From the NCBI GenBank assembly GCA_016840085.1, contig JAEOTA010000021.1, positions 1 to 39,992 on the forward strand: 39,992 bases of DNA, read 5' to 3'. The stretch's first letter is position 1, and each line of letters begins with the position of its first letter. A program made the translations under genes and the position numbers. Shown in pieces: positions 19,477 through 30,129 of this stretch. The stretch is from Promethearchaeota archaeon (GTDB lineage Archaea > Asgardarchaeota > Lokiarchaeia > Sigyniarchaeales > SOKP01). Below the pieces are notes generated by a model. That model was not told the origin of the DNA and made no database searches. It saw only the letters and a program-made list of their open reading frames with translations.

Positions 19477-21144
19477 ATGATTAGTATGAGTTATGATCAA
19501 ATCTATAATAATTGGATAAAACCCGAATTAGATAAGAGAAAAGCTGAAGGTTTAATTGAAAAGGCTTTTAAATTCTCGAAATGTCTCATTACATTTCCTA
19601 AAAATTCAGAAATAGTTGTAAAATTTAATTCGGAAATAGATGTAGTCTTTTTGGTTGAGGGCATTATAAAAGAAGATAAGGAAAAGGGTGATCCAATTTA
19701 TAATGAGGAAGTTAATGATATTGTGGATGTAATATTGCCTAATATAGATGGAGAACGAATTGCATTTATTTATCTACAATTCAACGGTAATTATTCAGAG
19801 GGTGTTTTATTTGATGTAATGTTTGATTTTACGCCAAATCACATTCTAAAGGATTCCGAGCTAGAACTCTCTTCTGAAATAGCACGCAAGTCGTTAGTAA
19901 GGCTATTACGAAAGGAATTGAGAGAAAAAACTGTAAGATATATAGTGCAGTTTAAGGATCTTTTAATTCAAAATGGATTTTGGGTCATACCAGCACTTTT
20001 GCCATCCCCCTTAAATAAAATAATCGTTGCCATCCAGAAAAATAATATATCTGAAGCAGGGGAACTGTTCCTCAACCATTGTTCGAATGAATTTTTAGAA
20101 GGTTTAATAGATAAATGGTTGGAGTTAGAAGAATTTAAGACAAGGAAAGATGTTATCGAAGAAGCATTTTTTTGCCATAAGAATGAAAGATATATCACGG
20201 CAATTAGCACTTTGTTACCACATCTGGAAGGTATAATTACAGAGTTTGGACATTCAGTTTCTACTGATATACTATTTCGACAAGAATCTAAAACTAAGAA
20301 AGTAAGGGACATATTATCAAATATTAGCTTGTCAACTTACGAATTTCAGAGTGTCCTTTATTTCACTTTCTCGTTTATCATTGATGGACCTATGTTGGAA
20401 ACATTCAATGATTGGTTCCAAAAAGTTAATGTGGATTTTCCAAATAGACACGCAGTAGGTCACGGTAAATACATAAAGGAATTATATACTAAGGAGAATT
20501 CAATTAAGGTTTTTTTATTATTGGACACAATTTATTGGATCATTAAAGAATTTCGAAATGTAAATGTAATTGAGCATCAAGATCTAACTAAAAAGCTACA
20601 TAAAATTAATATATTGGATTCTGAAGGTAAGATAGAGGCAGGATTAAAGGAGGTTGAAGAAATCCTTAACCACCCAAAATTTACTATGAAATACGATTTT
20701 TTTAGACAAGCTTTATATTACAAATTGGTTTTCTTCTATGAATTAAATCAATTAGATCAAGCACTCGAATTATTTGAAAAATATGGAATTAACGAATTGT
20801 CTGAAACATTTCTCAACCCATTCAATATTAAAAGTCTGCTTCTTGCTAAAAAAGGGGAATTTGAAGAAGCTCATCGTATAATTGATGAAGTTATCGAAAA
20901 GACAAAAGATAGATTGGAAAAATTGGACTATACCGATAATAAAGTTTTTACATCTATAAAAACATGTTCAGGATTTTTTGAGGCCAATCTATTATACAGT
21001 TTCTTGTATTTTTCCGCTAGTTGTTCCTTCTGCGATAAATTAAAATCTGTTTCTTTTTCTATATCATCTGATGCTTTTTTTTCTTTCTTAACTATTTGCC
21101 CTTTATTTTCTTTTATCATTCCTAGTTTTTTCTTAATACTATAA
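19477..21144 (+). CDS. HEPN-like RNase domain plus TPR-like repeats; C-terminus after ~20930 likely spurious
   Basis: LLPHLEG and NRHAVGHG (Rx4H), then TPR-like helices; tail is the antisense of the next gene. Confidence 0.6.
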   Translation: MISMSYDQIYNNWIKPELDKRKAEGLIEKAFKFSKCLITFPKNSEIVVKFNSEIDVVFLVEGIIKEDKEKGDPIYNEEVNDIVDVILPNIDGERIAFIYLQFNGNYSEGVLFDVMFDFTPNHILKDSELELSSEIARKSLVRLLRKELREKTVRYIVQFKDLLIQNGFWVIPALLPSPLNKIIVAIQKNNISEAGELFLNHCSNEFLEGLIDKWLELEEFKTRKDVIEEAFFCHKNERYITAISTLLPHLEGIITEFGHSVSTDILFRQESKTKKVRDILSNISLSTYEFQSVLYFTFSFIIDGPMLETFNDWFQKVNVDFPNRHAVGHGKYIKELYTKENSIKVFLLLDTIYWIIKEFRNVNVIEHQDLTKKLHKINILDSEGKIEAGLKEVEEILNHPKFTMKYDFFRQALYYKLVFFYELNQLDQALELFEKYGINELSETFLNPFNIKSLLLAKKGEFEEAHRIIDEVIEKTKDRLEKLDYTDNKVFTSIKTCSGFFEANLLYSFLYFSASCSFCDKLKSVSFSISSDAFFSFLTICPLFSFIIPSFFLIL

Positions 21145-22073
21145 ACTTCATCGTTAGGTATAGACAGATTTTTTCCTTCCAGCTTGTCATATGAGATGAG
21201 TAATGCTTCCAGCATTAATGAGATTTTATCCTCCCATTCATTAGCAAAACCAGTTGTAATATTAGAAATGACATCATGAACTGATAAATTACCTTTTTCC
21301 CTAATTTCATGCAACCACCTGATAATATCATCCGAAATTTTTTGTTTAATGACTGACTTGAAAATAGATGATCTTAAAAGGTCTAATAAGCTAATAAGGT
21401 GTTGAAAATTCATGATTCGTCGATTTCTCTTAAAATAAAATAGATCATGATGTTGATGGTGGAGTGCCTGAGAAAATATGTCGTGTAAAATGTTTTCAAA
21501 TAAATTTCTTAGTAAAAGTGGCAAAAGAACAAAGGTTTGGGGATCATAAGCAACCCGATTAATGATGCTGATATGGGCGTCGTATTGCAGCAATCGAAAT
21601 TTCTCAAAATCATTATCTATAAACTTATTCTTATCGGTTTTACTATCGAATGTTATTATAACGAATTCATCAAATTTCTGATTCTTGAATCTTTGAACCT
21701 CTCTCACTAATGGCTTAATTTTAGGAAGAATATCATCCCTAAGATGTTCAGCATGATTAAAATGGTTATAATCACCACCCGTCATCCATCCTCTCTTAAA
21801 ACAATCAAAATTGGTCTCCTTGATAAAATAAAGCAGCTCATATAGCTGAGGAAGACTTAAAGGGTCAGTTAATCTCTCTTCAGACAAATCAAAATCAGTT
21901 AGAAATTTCTCTCTTGTTTTTGAGAGTCTCTTCATGCAGTCTGGATGGGCTCCATCAGGGATGTTCATATAAATAAGCTTCTCAAAAAAAAGCGATATTT
22001 CCCGTTGAATTTCATCCCATTCATACCTTAATCGTCTTTCTATAATCTTTCTAAATTCTTCTATATTCTTCAT
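20928..22073 (-). CDS. HEPN/DUF4145-like domain protein, probably 3'-truncated
   Basis: LLRNLFENIL and IREKGNLSVH resemble the DUF4145 RxxGNxAxH motif. Confidence 0.55.
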   Translation of the reverse strand: MKNIEEFRKIIERRLRYEWDEIQREISLFFEKLIYMNIPDGAHPDCMKRLSKTREKFLTDFDLSEERLTDPLSLPQLYELLYFIKETNFDCFKRGWMTGGDYNHFNHAEHLRDDILPKIKPLVREVQRFKNQKFDEFVIITFDSKTDKNKFIDNDFEKFRLLQYDAHISIINRVAYDPQTFVLLPLLLRNLFENILHDIFSQALHHQHHDLFYFKRNRRIMNFQHLISLLDLLRSSIFKSVIKQKISDDIIRWLHEIREKGNLSVHDVISNITTGFANEWEDKISLMLEALLISYDKLEGKNLSIPNDEVYSIKKKLGMIKENKGQIVKKEKKASDDIEKETDFNLSQKEQLAEKYKKLYNRLASKNPEHVFIDVKTLLSV

Positions 22074-22634
22074 TTGAGATTTTCCGAAGGGGGATTTTGT
22101 TTAAATTGATTTTGACAAATATACCTTATGAAAATGAAAATTTAAATTATATGGTTAAAGGTCAGTAAAGATTAAATGATTTGTCTAATTATCTGAATAA
22201 TTATCAATTTTTCTTTAAAAATCTTCATTTATATGACCATTTTAATGTTTGAGAGGTAAGATAAAAAATAAAAAAGAAAAAAAATAAATAATGAAGATAT
22301 CACAAGAGGCTCGATAAATGGATTTTTAAAAAAATTGAAGAAGATATCTGCCATTGATACAAAAAAAAATCAGGAGAATAAATCAGAAAAAATGATTGAA
22401 ATTACCTATTTGGGTATATCATATGTATTAAATCATGTATACAATAAATATATTTGAAGAAATACTTAATTCTTAATTAGTCTTATTTACTAGATTCCAA
22501 TTTACTTTTCCACAATTACACCGAACTGCGTCAGGATCTTGACCTTTCGTAGTAAGATATAACTCACCCTCTGGATTCTTAAAATCTCAATTCCTCATTT
22601 TTTATTTAAAAATTCTACCAAAAGAGATAAAATC

Positions 22635-22802
22635 ATGGGTATTGAATCAGATCTTTATATCACAAGAAGGTTGATGGTATGCCCCTTCGACAATGTATGC
22701 CACTTGCCAAAACATCATTTTCTATGCAAAATTCCAGAATGTAGAGAGTGTCCTGATTATATACAAAATGTCAAAAGGTTAAAATCACGGATTCTTTTTT
22801 AA
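22635..22802 (+). CDS. Small Cys-rich (metal-binding) protein, 55 aa
   Basis: MGIESDLYITRRLMVCPFDNVCHLPKHHFLCKIPECRECPDY...; below the ORF-track cutoff. Confidence 0.6.
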   Translation: MGIESDLYITRRLMVCPFDNVCHLPKHHFLCKIPECRECPDYIQNVKRLKSRILF

Positions 22803-22816
22803 TTCTTAAACCAAAA

Positions 22817-22948
22817 ATGTCAGAGAATAATAAGAAGTTAGAAAATTTTCTTAAGAAATTCAAGGATACACGAAGACCAAGTAAAAAGTCTGTTCAATTA
22901 ACGTTTACTCGAAGTTTGAATGTTCTTAGACCTTCAGAAAAAATCTAG
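22817..22948 (+). CDS. Small basic protein, 43 aa
   Basis: MSENNKKLENFLKKFKDTRRPSKK..., 14 nt after the Cys-rich ORF. Confidence 0.35.
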   Translation: MSENNKKLENFLKKFKDTRRPSKKSVQLTFTRSLNVLRPSEKI

Positions 22949-23157
22949 TCCGTGATCATCATAACTTAATTCATTGAAATTTAGATCATGATGACCTTCG
23001 ATTGATTACCTTCAAATGAATTATCATCATTTTTAATAGTTGGGGATATATTTAATTTATTGCATAGAATAATAATATTTATAATTGGAATATCCAAAAT
23101 AGAGAAATTATTTGAATATTCCCATTGTAGGCCTATTAAATTTCGGGGTATAAAAAT

Positions 23158-24063
23158 TTGGTTCAATTATATGAAAAATTAAATGGTAATACAATAACAG
23201 TCAAAAATTCTCAGATTCCTAATAATATTCGAGAAATTATTATAAGACTTGTGAATAAAATTGATCCAAATATTGAAATAAATATTGTCGTTAAAGGAAA
23301 AATTGGTTATGAAATGTTAAATGACAATAGATTAGATAAAAAATTAATCAAATTAAGGTTTGATGAGATTAACAAAAATCATGGATTAGCAATCACTAAA
23401 TACGATTTTTTACTCGAACAGTATAAAGATTTAAAAATTTGTTATGTTAGTATGGAACATAATAATTTATTGCAAGATATAATTCATGAGGCAATTCATC
23501 TTAAAGATCCATGGAAATTAGAAAGATATTTAGATAACGAAGGAGGCAGTATAAACAATTTTATATATAATATGCTTGATGAATTTGTCGCAGAATATTT
23601 CACCATCTTAAATTTATTAAATATCCATGATCTGTTAGAATCCAATTCTCTATTTAGAATAAAGAGGATCAATCCAAATGATTATAATAATCTTTATGAA
23701 AGATTTAAGATAGTAAAAGAAAATGGTCTTTTATCTGAAAAAAGCGATAAAATTATTGTTAAATTTTTTGAAGATTTTTTAATACCTATTATGTATGTCC
23801 TAGGTCAATATAGAGCTTTTATTGAATATCTAAATATAGATCTAGATTTGAATAAATACCCTATAAATCTATACAATGATTTTTTATATTCAATACAAAA
23901 CGATTGGAATCCCGATTTAATTGATTTCTTTAAAAAAATAAAAGATCATCTAATAAAATCTCAAATCGAAAATAGAACTGAATTGTTTATTAGAGAATAT
24001 TATGATTTATGCGATCATTTTCTAAATTCTCCTAATTCTATTTTACGATTAATTATTTCATAA
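23158..24063 (+). CDS. Putative zinc metallopeptidase
   Basis: IIHEAIH (HExxH) plus downstream DEFVAE third-ligand motif. Confidence 0.55.
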   Translation: MVQLYEKLNGNTITVKNSQIPNNIREIIIRLVNKIDPNIEINIVVKGKIGYEMLNDNRLDKKLIKLRFDEINKNHGLAITKYDFLLEQYKDLKICYVSMEHNNLLQDIIHEAIHLKDPWKLERYLDNEGGSINNFIYNMLDEFVAEYFTILNLLNIHDLLESNSLFRIKRINPNDYNNLYERFKIVKENGLLSEKSDKIIVKFFEDFLIPIMYVLGQYRAFIEYLNIDLDLNKYPINLYNDFLYSIQNDWNPDLIDFFKKIKDHLIKSQIENRTELFIREYYDLCDHFLNSPNSILRLIIS

Positions 24064-24385
24064 ACAATTAATTTATGTAAATTAAATAAAATCTGGAGTT
24101 AGAAAAAAAATTCTAAGGGATTCTTATCTTATATTTATTTTCTCGAGTATTATTTCATATAATCAAGAAGTATAAATTTGTATTACAATTAAAAATAAAA
24201 CAAAAAACCAAATCATAACTGCGACAATTAATTCTTTGAAATCAATACGACAAACATCGCTGTGATGAGGAAAATAATGATTGGAATGATTGGAATGTAG
24301 AAGAACATTTTGGAGAACATTATAAAGATGATTATGTATAATATTAAAATATATAACCAGATAGTTTCAGTTGTTCCAGACGATT

Positions 24386-25552
24386 TTATAATGATTCTAA
24401 TATCTTTTTTAATATTTTAACCCTATCGATTTTTTCCCATGTAAAATCTGGATCTATTCTGCCAAAATGTCCATATGCTGCTGTTTTTTTGTAAATTGGA
24501 CGTTTCAAATTCAGATCACTTATTATTACTCCTGGTCTAAAATCAAATGTCTTTAAAATCCCATTATAGAGTTTTTCAATAGATATTTTTTCTGTTCCAA
24601 AACAATCGATATCAATAGATAAAGGTTCAGCTTCTCCAATAGCATAAGAGACTTGAATTTCACATTTATCAGCTAAACCCGCTGCTACAACATTTTTTGC
24701 TGCATATCGCGCCATATAAGAAGCAGAACGATCAACCTTTGATGGATCTTTTCCACTATAAGCCCCGCCCCCATGATCCATAACACCATAAGAATCTACT
24801 ATAATTTTTCTGCCTGTTAATCCAGAATCGCCATGCGGACCCCCTATTACAAACCTTCCAGTACGATTAATATATATTTTTGTTTCGTCATCAATTAATC
24901 CTTTCGGTATAACATAATTGATTACTTTTTCACGTATTTCTTTTTCAATTTGCTCACTTGAGACATTTTCTATATGTTGAGCAGCTATAACTATTGCATG
25001 GATTCTTTTTGCTTTTCCATCTTCATATTCTACAGAAACTAGACTTTTCCCATCAGGTCTTAAAAATGGTATTATTTTTTTTTTTCTAGCTTCTGCTAAC
25101 CTTCTAACAAGACCATTTACAAGGTGAGTTGCCAAAGGCATAAATTCGGGGGTTTCATTTATGGCATAACCGACCATTATTCCTTGATCTCCAGCACCTT
25201 GTTTCTCTATTTTATCTCTTTCTATTCCTTGGCTAATGTCGGGGGATTGTTGATGTATAGTATTAATTATAGCATAGCCTTGATAGTCAAAACCCATAGA
25301 TGAATCATCATATCCAATTTCTTTAATTGTTTCTCTTACTACTTTGTCATAATCAATATTCATTCCCTTTTTGGCAGAAATCTCTCCTCCAATTAACACA
25401 AGCCCAGTCGTTACAAAAGTTTCACAAGCAACATGAGCATCTGGATCCTTTTCTAAAAACGCATCTAAAATGGCATCGGAAATTTGATCACATATTTTAT
25501 CAGGATGACCTTCAGTTACAGATTCTGCTGTTATAAATCTTTGGTATGTCAT
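24386..25552 (-). CDS. metK: S-adenosylmethionine synthetase, bacterial/eukaryotic type
   Basis: [48 protein letters not shown]. Confidence 0.97.
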   Translation of the reverse strand: MTYQRFITAESVTEGHPDKICDQISDAILDAFLEKDPDAHVACETFVTTGLVLIGGEISAKKGMNIDYDKVVRETIKEIGYDDSSMGFDYQGYAIINTIHQQSPDISQGIERDKIEKQGAGDQGIMVGYAINETPEFMPLATHLVNGLVRRLAEARKKKIIPFLRPDGKSLVSVEYEDGKAKRIHAIVIAAQHIENVSSEQIEKEIREKVINYVIPKGLIDDETKIYINRTGRFVIGGPHGDSGLTGRKIIVDSYGVMDHGGGAYSGKDPSKVDRSASYMARYAAKNVVAAGLADKCEIQVSYAIGEAEPLSIDIDCFGTEKISIEKLYNGILKTFDFRPGVIISDLNLKRPIYKKTAAYGHFGRIDPDFTWEKIDRVKILKKILESL

Positions 25553-25704
25553 AATGGTAAAATAAGAAATCTGAACTAATAAACTACATTACAAACTGAG
25601 ATTTTTCTAAATTTATTTAATTTCAAATAATTGAGAGTAATATTGAAATGAAAAAGACGAATTAATTAAATTATAGGATGTTAGTAATCTCAAATTGTGT
25701 GAAA

Positions 25705-25836
25705 ATGGACTCTAAACAAGAAAAGGAAAATAAGATTGGAAAATGTGAAGTGTGCGGATATTATACAATTTATTTACTTGGTGTTAAATTTTGTCCGCAT
25801 TGTTTTAAAGAGAGATTTCTTAAAAATAAAAAATAG
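25705..25836 (+). CDS. Small zinc-ribbon protein, 43 aa
   Basis: MDSKQEKENKIGKCEVCG...FCPHCFKER: two CxxC motifs. Confidence 0.55.
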   Translation: MDSKQEKENKIGKCEVCGYYTIYLLGVKFCPHCFKERFLKNKK

Positions 25837-26081
25837 AATTAAATCATTATTTTTTATAATCATATAAAATTTTTCTATTTGTTAATGATAATATTCTATT
25901 TGTTAAAAATCAAATCCAACATAATATAAGAGAACAAATAATTCAATTAATTGAATCACTAAAAAACCTGAAACTCCAATTTTCAAAAAACAATACATTT
26001 CACATAAGAGATTTAGATTTACATATTAAAAATTATTAGATTTATTTTGTGGCTCAATTTTAATGAAAAAAATAATTAAAT

Positions 26082-26567
26082 TTAGTAAATTATTGCTTTT
26101 TTAACTTTGATTTCAGCAGTTTCGATTTTAAAATCATATTCTCTTAAACGGGCATCTATATTTCGGTAATCCAATATTTTTCCCATATTGTATTGGAGAT
26201 GAGTGATCTCTAATTCTGTAGCGGATTTCGGTAAGGCAATAATATTTCTTCCACCATCAACAGAAGCAAAGAGATAATGCTTTACAAAAGAACCACGATA
26301 AATCACTTTAGCAATTACCATCCAAGCCTTATTGTTTGGAAATTTTTTAACCCATTCTTCATCTAATTCTTTACCCGAATCTGGATCATCTGGATGTTTT
26401 GTTAGAATATTTAACCCAACATCAGGCTTATATGTATATATTTCATTATTTATATCATACAACCAATCTTTTGGATTTGATGTTTTTAATATAGTTTCAA
26501 TATCTTCAAATTTCAATTTATTCTCACCTTTTGGTTTAATTTTAATAAAAATTTCATATAAACTCAA
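26082..26567 (-). CDS. Hypothetical protein
   Basis: 161-aa ORF downstream of the wHTH cluster, same strand. Confidence 0.65.
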   Translation of the reverse strand: MSLYEIFIKIKPKGENKLKFEDIETILKTSNPKDWLYDINNEIYTYKPDVGLNILTKHPDDPDSGKELDEEWVKKFPNNKAWMVIAKVIYRGSFVKHYLFASVDGGRNIIALPKSATELEITHLQYNMGKILDYRNIDARLREYDFKIETAEIKVKKAIIY

Positions 26568-26647
26568 CTATTGTTACTATTTAAAATTGTCTTTGAAAAT
26601 GACAAAAATGTATAAGAATTATAACTTACATAAATCAATTCTTATTT

Positions 26648-26974
26648 CTAACTTAATTTAGGAACATCAATTCCAAAATCTTCTAAATTAAATATTTTTT
26701 TATATCTTAAACCTCCTCCTCTTACAGGAATAGGTTCTACAATATTAAAATTTGCCCATTCACTCCAATGTCTGATAACTTTATCTTTCCCTCCAGCAAT
26801 TTTATCTGCGATTTTTCTACTACTATTTTCGCCATCACTTAAATAATATATTTTTTTTTTTTCATCATCGTCTAATACGCTAATTAATACATCTTTTACT
26901 TTACCCCAAGCTTGGAATTTTGTCCATTTTACTAACTCTTTTAACAATTCTATTATTTGTTCATCTCTTTCCAT
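26648..26974 (-). CDS. Small winged-helix protein
   Basis: IYYLSDGENSSRKIA HTH pattern; overlaps upstream gene. Confidence 0.65.
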   Translation of the reverse strand: MERDEQIIELLKELVKWTKFQAWGKVKDVLISVLDDDEKKKIYYLSDGENSSRKIADKIAGGKDKVIRHWSEWANFNIVEPIPVRGGGLRYKKIFNLEDFGIDVPKLS

Positions 26975-27806
26975 AATTTATATCCTCACCTTTAAGAATT
27001 TTCAAAATAGCCTCTTCTTTTTTAATTTTGCTTTCTAATACTTCTTTTATAGTATTAAATAAAAATACTGTCGTAAAAAACTTATATCCATATTGTTTTA
27101 GATACCTCTTTGCGTGTTTTGTTAAAGGATCTTCTCTTTTAGAAGGATCAATATTCTTATATGGATTTATAACATATATTCCTTTTATTTTATCAAGATC
27201 GAAATCATTGTCTATTGCCGTATCAATCCATCCTCTTAATTGAAGAATCTTTTTTTTAGTTCCTTGCCTTTTGGTTCCTTCAAGTTCTAATAAATAAGTT
27301 TTGTCCTCGTATATGAAGGAAATATCGTGTTCACCCTTGTTTTTATGATGAGTCACATTTTCAAATCCTAACTGTTTTAAACAAAAAGTAACCGATTCTT
27401 CTAAAGGTTCGCCGCTTCCATATAGAAGTCTCTCAATAATCTCAAATTCATTAATTTCTTTCCTTAATTTTTCTATATCTTTTAATTTTTGACTTTTCGA
27501 TTCGAAACTATATTTACTTAACCATTTTGGTTTATGTTGGAGTTGTAAAATTTCATCATACATATATTTGGGAATATAAATCGTGGTCTCACTTGGTTTT
27601 TTATATGCTATTGAAAGTTTATCAAATTCTACGAGGTAATTAAGTATATCTCTAGTTTTTGTTGTTGAAATATTTACTATTTCACTAATATCTTTTACAG
27701 AGCATAATTTCTGATTTTCTTGTATATATTCTTCTACAGCATTATAAATCAAATCAAGATCTTCATTAGTGAATTTTTTACTGTTTTTTTTTAACCTTTT
27801 TCTCAC
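26961..27806 (-). CDS. wHTH plus PD-(D/E)xK (restriction endonuclease-like) protein
   Basis: N-terminal SVKDISEIVNISTTKTRDIL HTH; LEE...LGF...HDISF...LLELEG nuclease-like motif with E in place of K. Confidence 0.65.
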   Translation of the reverse strand: MRKRLKKNSKKFTNEDLDLIYNAVEEYIQENQKLCSVKDISEIVNISTTKTRDILNYLVEFDKLSIAYKKPSETTIYIPKYMYDEILQLQHKPKWLSKYSFESKSQKLKDIEKLRKEINEFEIIERLLYGSGEPLEESVTFCLKQLGFENVTHHKNKGEHDISFIYEDKTYLLELEGTKRQGTKKKILQLRGWIDTAIDNDFDLDKIKGIYVINPYKNIDPSKREDPLTKHAKRYLKQYGYKFFTTVFLFNTIKEVLESKIKKEEAILKILKGEDINYGKR

Positions 27807-28166
27807 CTAATCAAATAAATCTGATTTTTCATAATAAACTGCATTGCCTTCTCTTTTAGTTAAGAGGAATCCGTTATTCTTTAAGTTCGAGATTTTCTTT
27901 TTTACAGTTATCTCAGCTACATCTTCATTTTGAGCTACTTTTTTTGCTAAATCTGAATAACTTAGTGTTCCATCTGCTAAATCCAATATTCTTTTTGAAA
28001 CACGATCCTTCTTAATTTCGTTTTGAAACTTATCAATAACCTCTCGATTGCCAATTTTTAAGAGTAATTCAATATTTTGTAGCTTTTCTAAGATTTCTGC
28101 TAATAATTTCTTTTCTAACGTCATATTAATGCACATGTTATTTTTTTTCTGACAATAGATAATCAA
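27807..28166 (-). CDS. Small ArsR-like winged-helix protein (start possibly ATG 28124)
   Basis: ILDLADGTLSYSDLA...TVKKKISNLKNNGFL...GNAVYY. Confidence 0.7.
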   Translation of the reverse strand: MIIYCQKKNNMCINMTLEKKLLAEILEKLQNIELLLKIGNREVIDKFQNEIKKDRVSKRILDLADGTLSYSDLAKKVAQNEDVAEITVKKKISNLKNNGFLLTKREGNAVYYEKSDLFD

Positions 28167-28488
28167 ATTTGCGTTTGTAATACCCTCTCTTAAGGCTTAA
28201 AACTAATCCATTTTCTCTCAAATCTTTAATGAAATCACTCACAGCTCTTTGAGAGATTTTAATCCTGTCTGCTATTTCACTTGTGCTTAATTCACCATCC
28301 AGCAAATTCCAAGCTATTTTTCTTGGTTTTGTTGAAGCAACTTTCTCAATTTCTTTAATAATATTATCTTTTGCATAAATTTCTATTATTTTTTGAGTTT
28401 TTGAATTATCTTTTACTGAAATTTCTAATAATTGCCGAATAGTTGTAATCTCTTCATATAACTTTGAAAATTTATTTTCGTTTTCCAT
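28138..28488 (-). CDS. Small ArsR-like winged-helix protein
   Basis: LLDGELSTSEIADRIKISQRAVSDFIKDLRENGLV. Confidence 0.75.
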   Translation of the reverse strand: MENENKFSKLYEEITTIRQLLEISVKDNSKTQKIIEIYAKDNIIKEIEKVASTKPRKIAWNLLDGELSTSEIADRIKISQRAVSDFIKDLRENGLVLSLKRGYYKRKFDYLLSEKK

Positions 28489-28821
28489 GTTATGTATATA
28501 ATAAGAAGCTTTTGCTTATAAAGTAACTTCTTAATTATACTATACACATATTTTTCTATTAATAAATAATATATTAATAAATCAATAAATTAGAGGACTC
28601 TAATTTTTTATATACCATTTTGTTAGCAGATTAATAATTCAATATAAATCTTCTTTATATACGAAGTTGATATTGAAATCCGCAACATTTAATTAATAAG
28701 AAGTAGTAATAATATACTTGTCGAAAGAAAAAAAAAATTATTCAGATTGTTTCCATTTATAGAAAAATCTCTTGAATTTTTGCGAGTTAACGTTTACTGT
28801 TTTCACATTATATTCCGTCTT

Positions 28822-29145
28822 TTAATCATCAATGGCATCTAATAACATATTTTCTTCGGCTTCTACTTCCGATTCTATTTCTTCTTCCAGCGATTCCTCA
28901 ATAACTTCTTCGACTTTCTCTTCAGGGTGTTCTAACATCCACTTGTATAATAAGAAACTCCCTGTTACTTTATTCTTCCAAATCGCTGATTTTTTGGTGT
29001 CTTTTTCAAACTTTCTCATCTGCTCAATTAAATCATCAGTAATGTTAATTTCTTCATCATGTAAATCTAAAATTTTATCTCCCACATTTATATTCTCTAA
29101 CGATAATTTATCATTCAATTTTGTCTGTTTTGTTTTTTTAGCCAT
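28822..29145 (-). CDS. Hypothetical acidic protein, possibly truncated
   Basis: 107-aa ORF that ends as a second 'D..E' unit seems to start. Confidence 0.5.
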   Translation of the reverse strand: MAKKTKQTKLNDKLSLENINVGDKILDLHDEEINITDDLIEQMRKFEKDTKKSAIWKNKVTGSFLLYKWMLEHPEEKVEEVIEESLEEEIESEVEAEENMLLDAIDD

Positions 29146-29503
29146 TATAAATCATTCCATTCTTAATTTGGGTTATTTTTCTTAATCATTTTTAATATAA
29201 ATTTTATTAAATAAATAGAAAATGTTTGACAATATAAATCTATGTTTTAAGTGATTGTTCGGTTAATCTACAGACAGATATGATATTAAATGATAATTAA
29301 TATTAATTTCATAGAGATCGATCTTCAAATAACCTAAATATTTGGCATATATTCGTTTACATACTGTCTACACCTATTAGAATCAATTTTTTTTATTTGT
29401 CAATATTAAAGAGTAGACACTGTAAGAATATCAAAATCGGGATTTTTTTGAAAAATTAATATCAAAAAACCGAACTGGATGAGGCAAAAAAATTAAGAAT
29501 TTT

Positions 29504-29986
29504 TTATTTCATCTTCAAACTTTTTATAAAATCATGTATAACCTGATCTTTACTAATCTCTTTAGATTCTTCGGAGAACTCCTCAGAATAGAATATAATA
29601 TTTGGTTTATATGGTCTTCCATTATCTAATTTATGTATATAGAATCGTTTAATATATTTACTTTGCTTAAATTCTGTTGTATCAGACATTCTATTTAGAT
29701 ATATTGCGAATTTATCATTTTTTATCATATTACCCTGATTCTCTATATTAAAACCCATTGTTTGCAATTTATTATGAGCTACGTCTAATAATTTTCCAAA
29801 TTTAATCCTAAGTTTTCTTTCTTTACTTCTATTACTCCTAATTTCTAAATATTTCTCTAAAACTCTCTTAATTCTTCTCTTATAAAAAATTAGTTTCCAT
29901 TTAATTTTACTAAACCATAAGAGAAAAATTCCAACAATTATGCCACTTATAATTCCTCCAATTATTGCAATAATTAATTGTTCCAT
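29504..29986 (-). CDS. Hypothetical protein with N-terminal TM anchor
   Basis: IIAIIGGIISGIIVGIFLLW then a basic domain; GAGAGGA RBS. Confidence 0.65.
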   Translation of the reverse strand: MEQLIIAIIGGIISGIIVGIFLLWFSKIKWKLIFYKRRIKRVLEKYLEIRSNRSKERKLRIKFGKLLDVAHNKLQTMGFNIENQGNMIKNDKFAIYLNRMSDTTEFKQSKYIKRFYIHKLDNGRPYKPNIIFYSEEFSEESKEISKDQVIHDFIKSLKMK

Positions 29987-30129
29987 CTAGTTATTTCCTC
30001 TCATATAGTAGGTTTTAATAATTTCAATAATAGAACTCTACTAAAAAGATAATTATAGAAAATAAAATTTATTTTTGTAATTATAAATCAAGAGTTGAAT
30101 TTCGTTCATATGCCTCTTTTTAAATTACT

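Noticed and set aside
18338-24105. Recurring CTGGAGTTA at ~18345 and ~24093, considered as origin or att-like sites
   Set aside because: Too short, no ORB consensus, and no cdc6 or integrase nearby
24278-24297. Tandem TGATTGGAA repeat
   Set aside because: Only two short units; not informative
29365-29419. Inverted repeat TGTCTAC/GTAGACA
   Set aside because: Only 7 bp with a long spacer; could be chance
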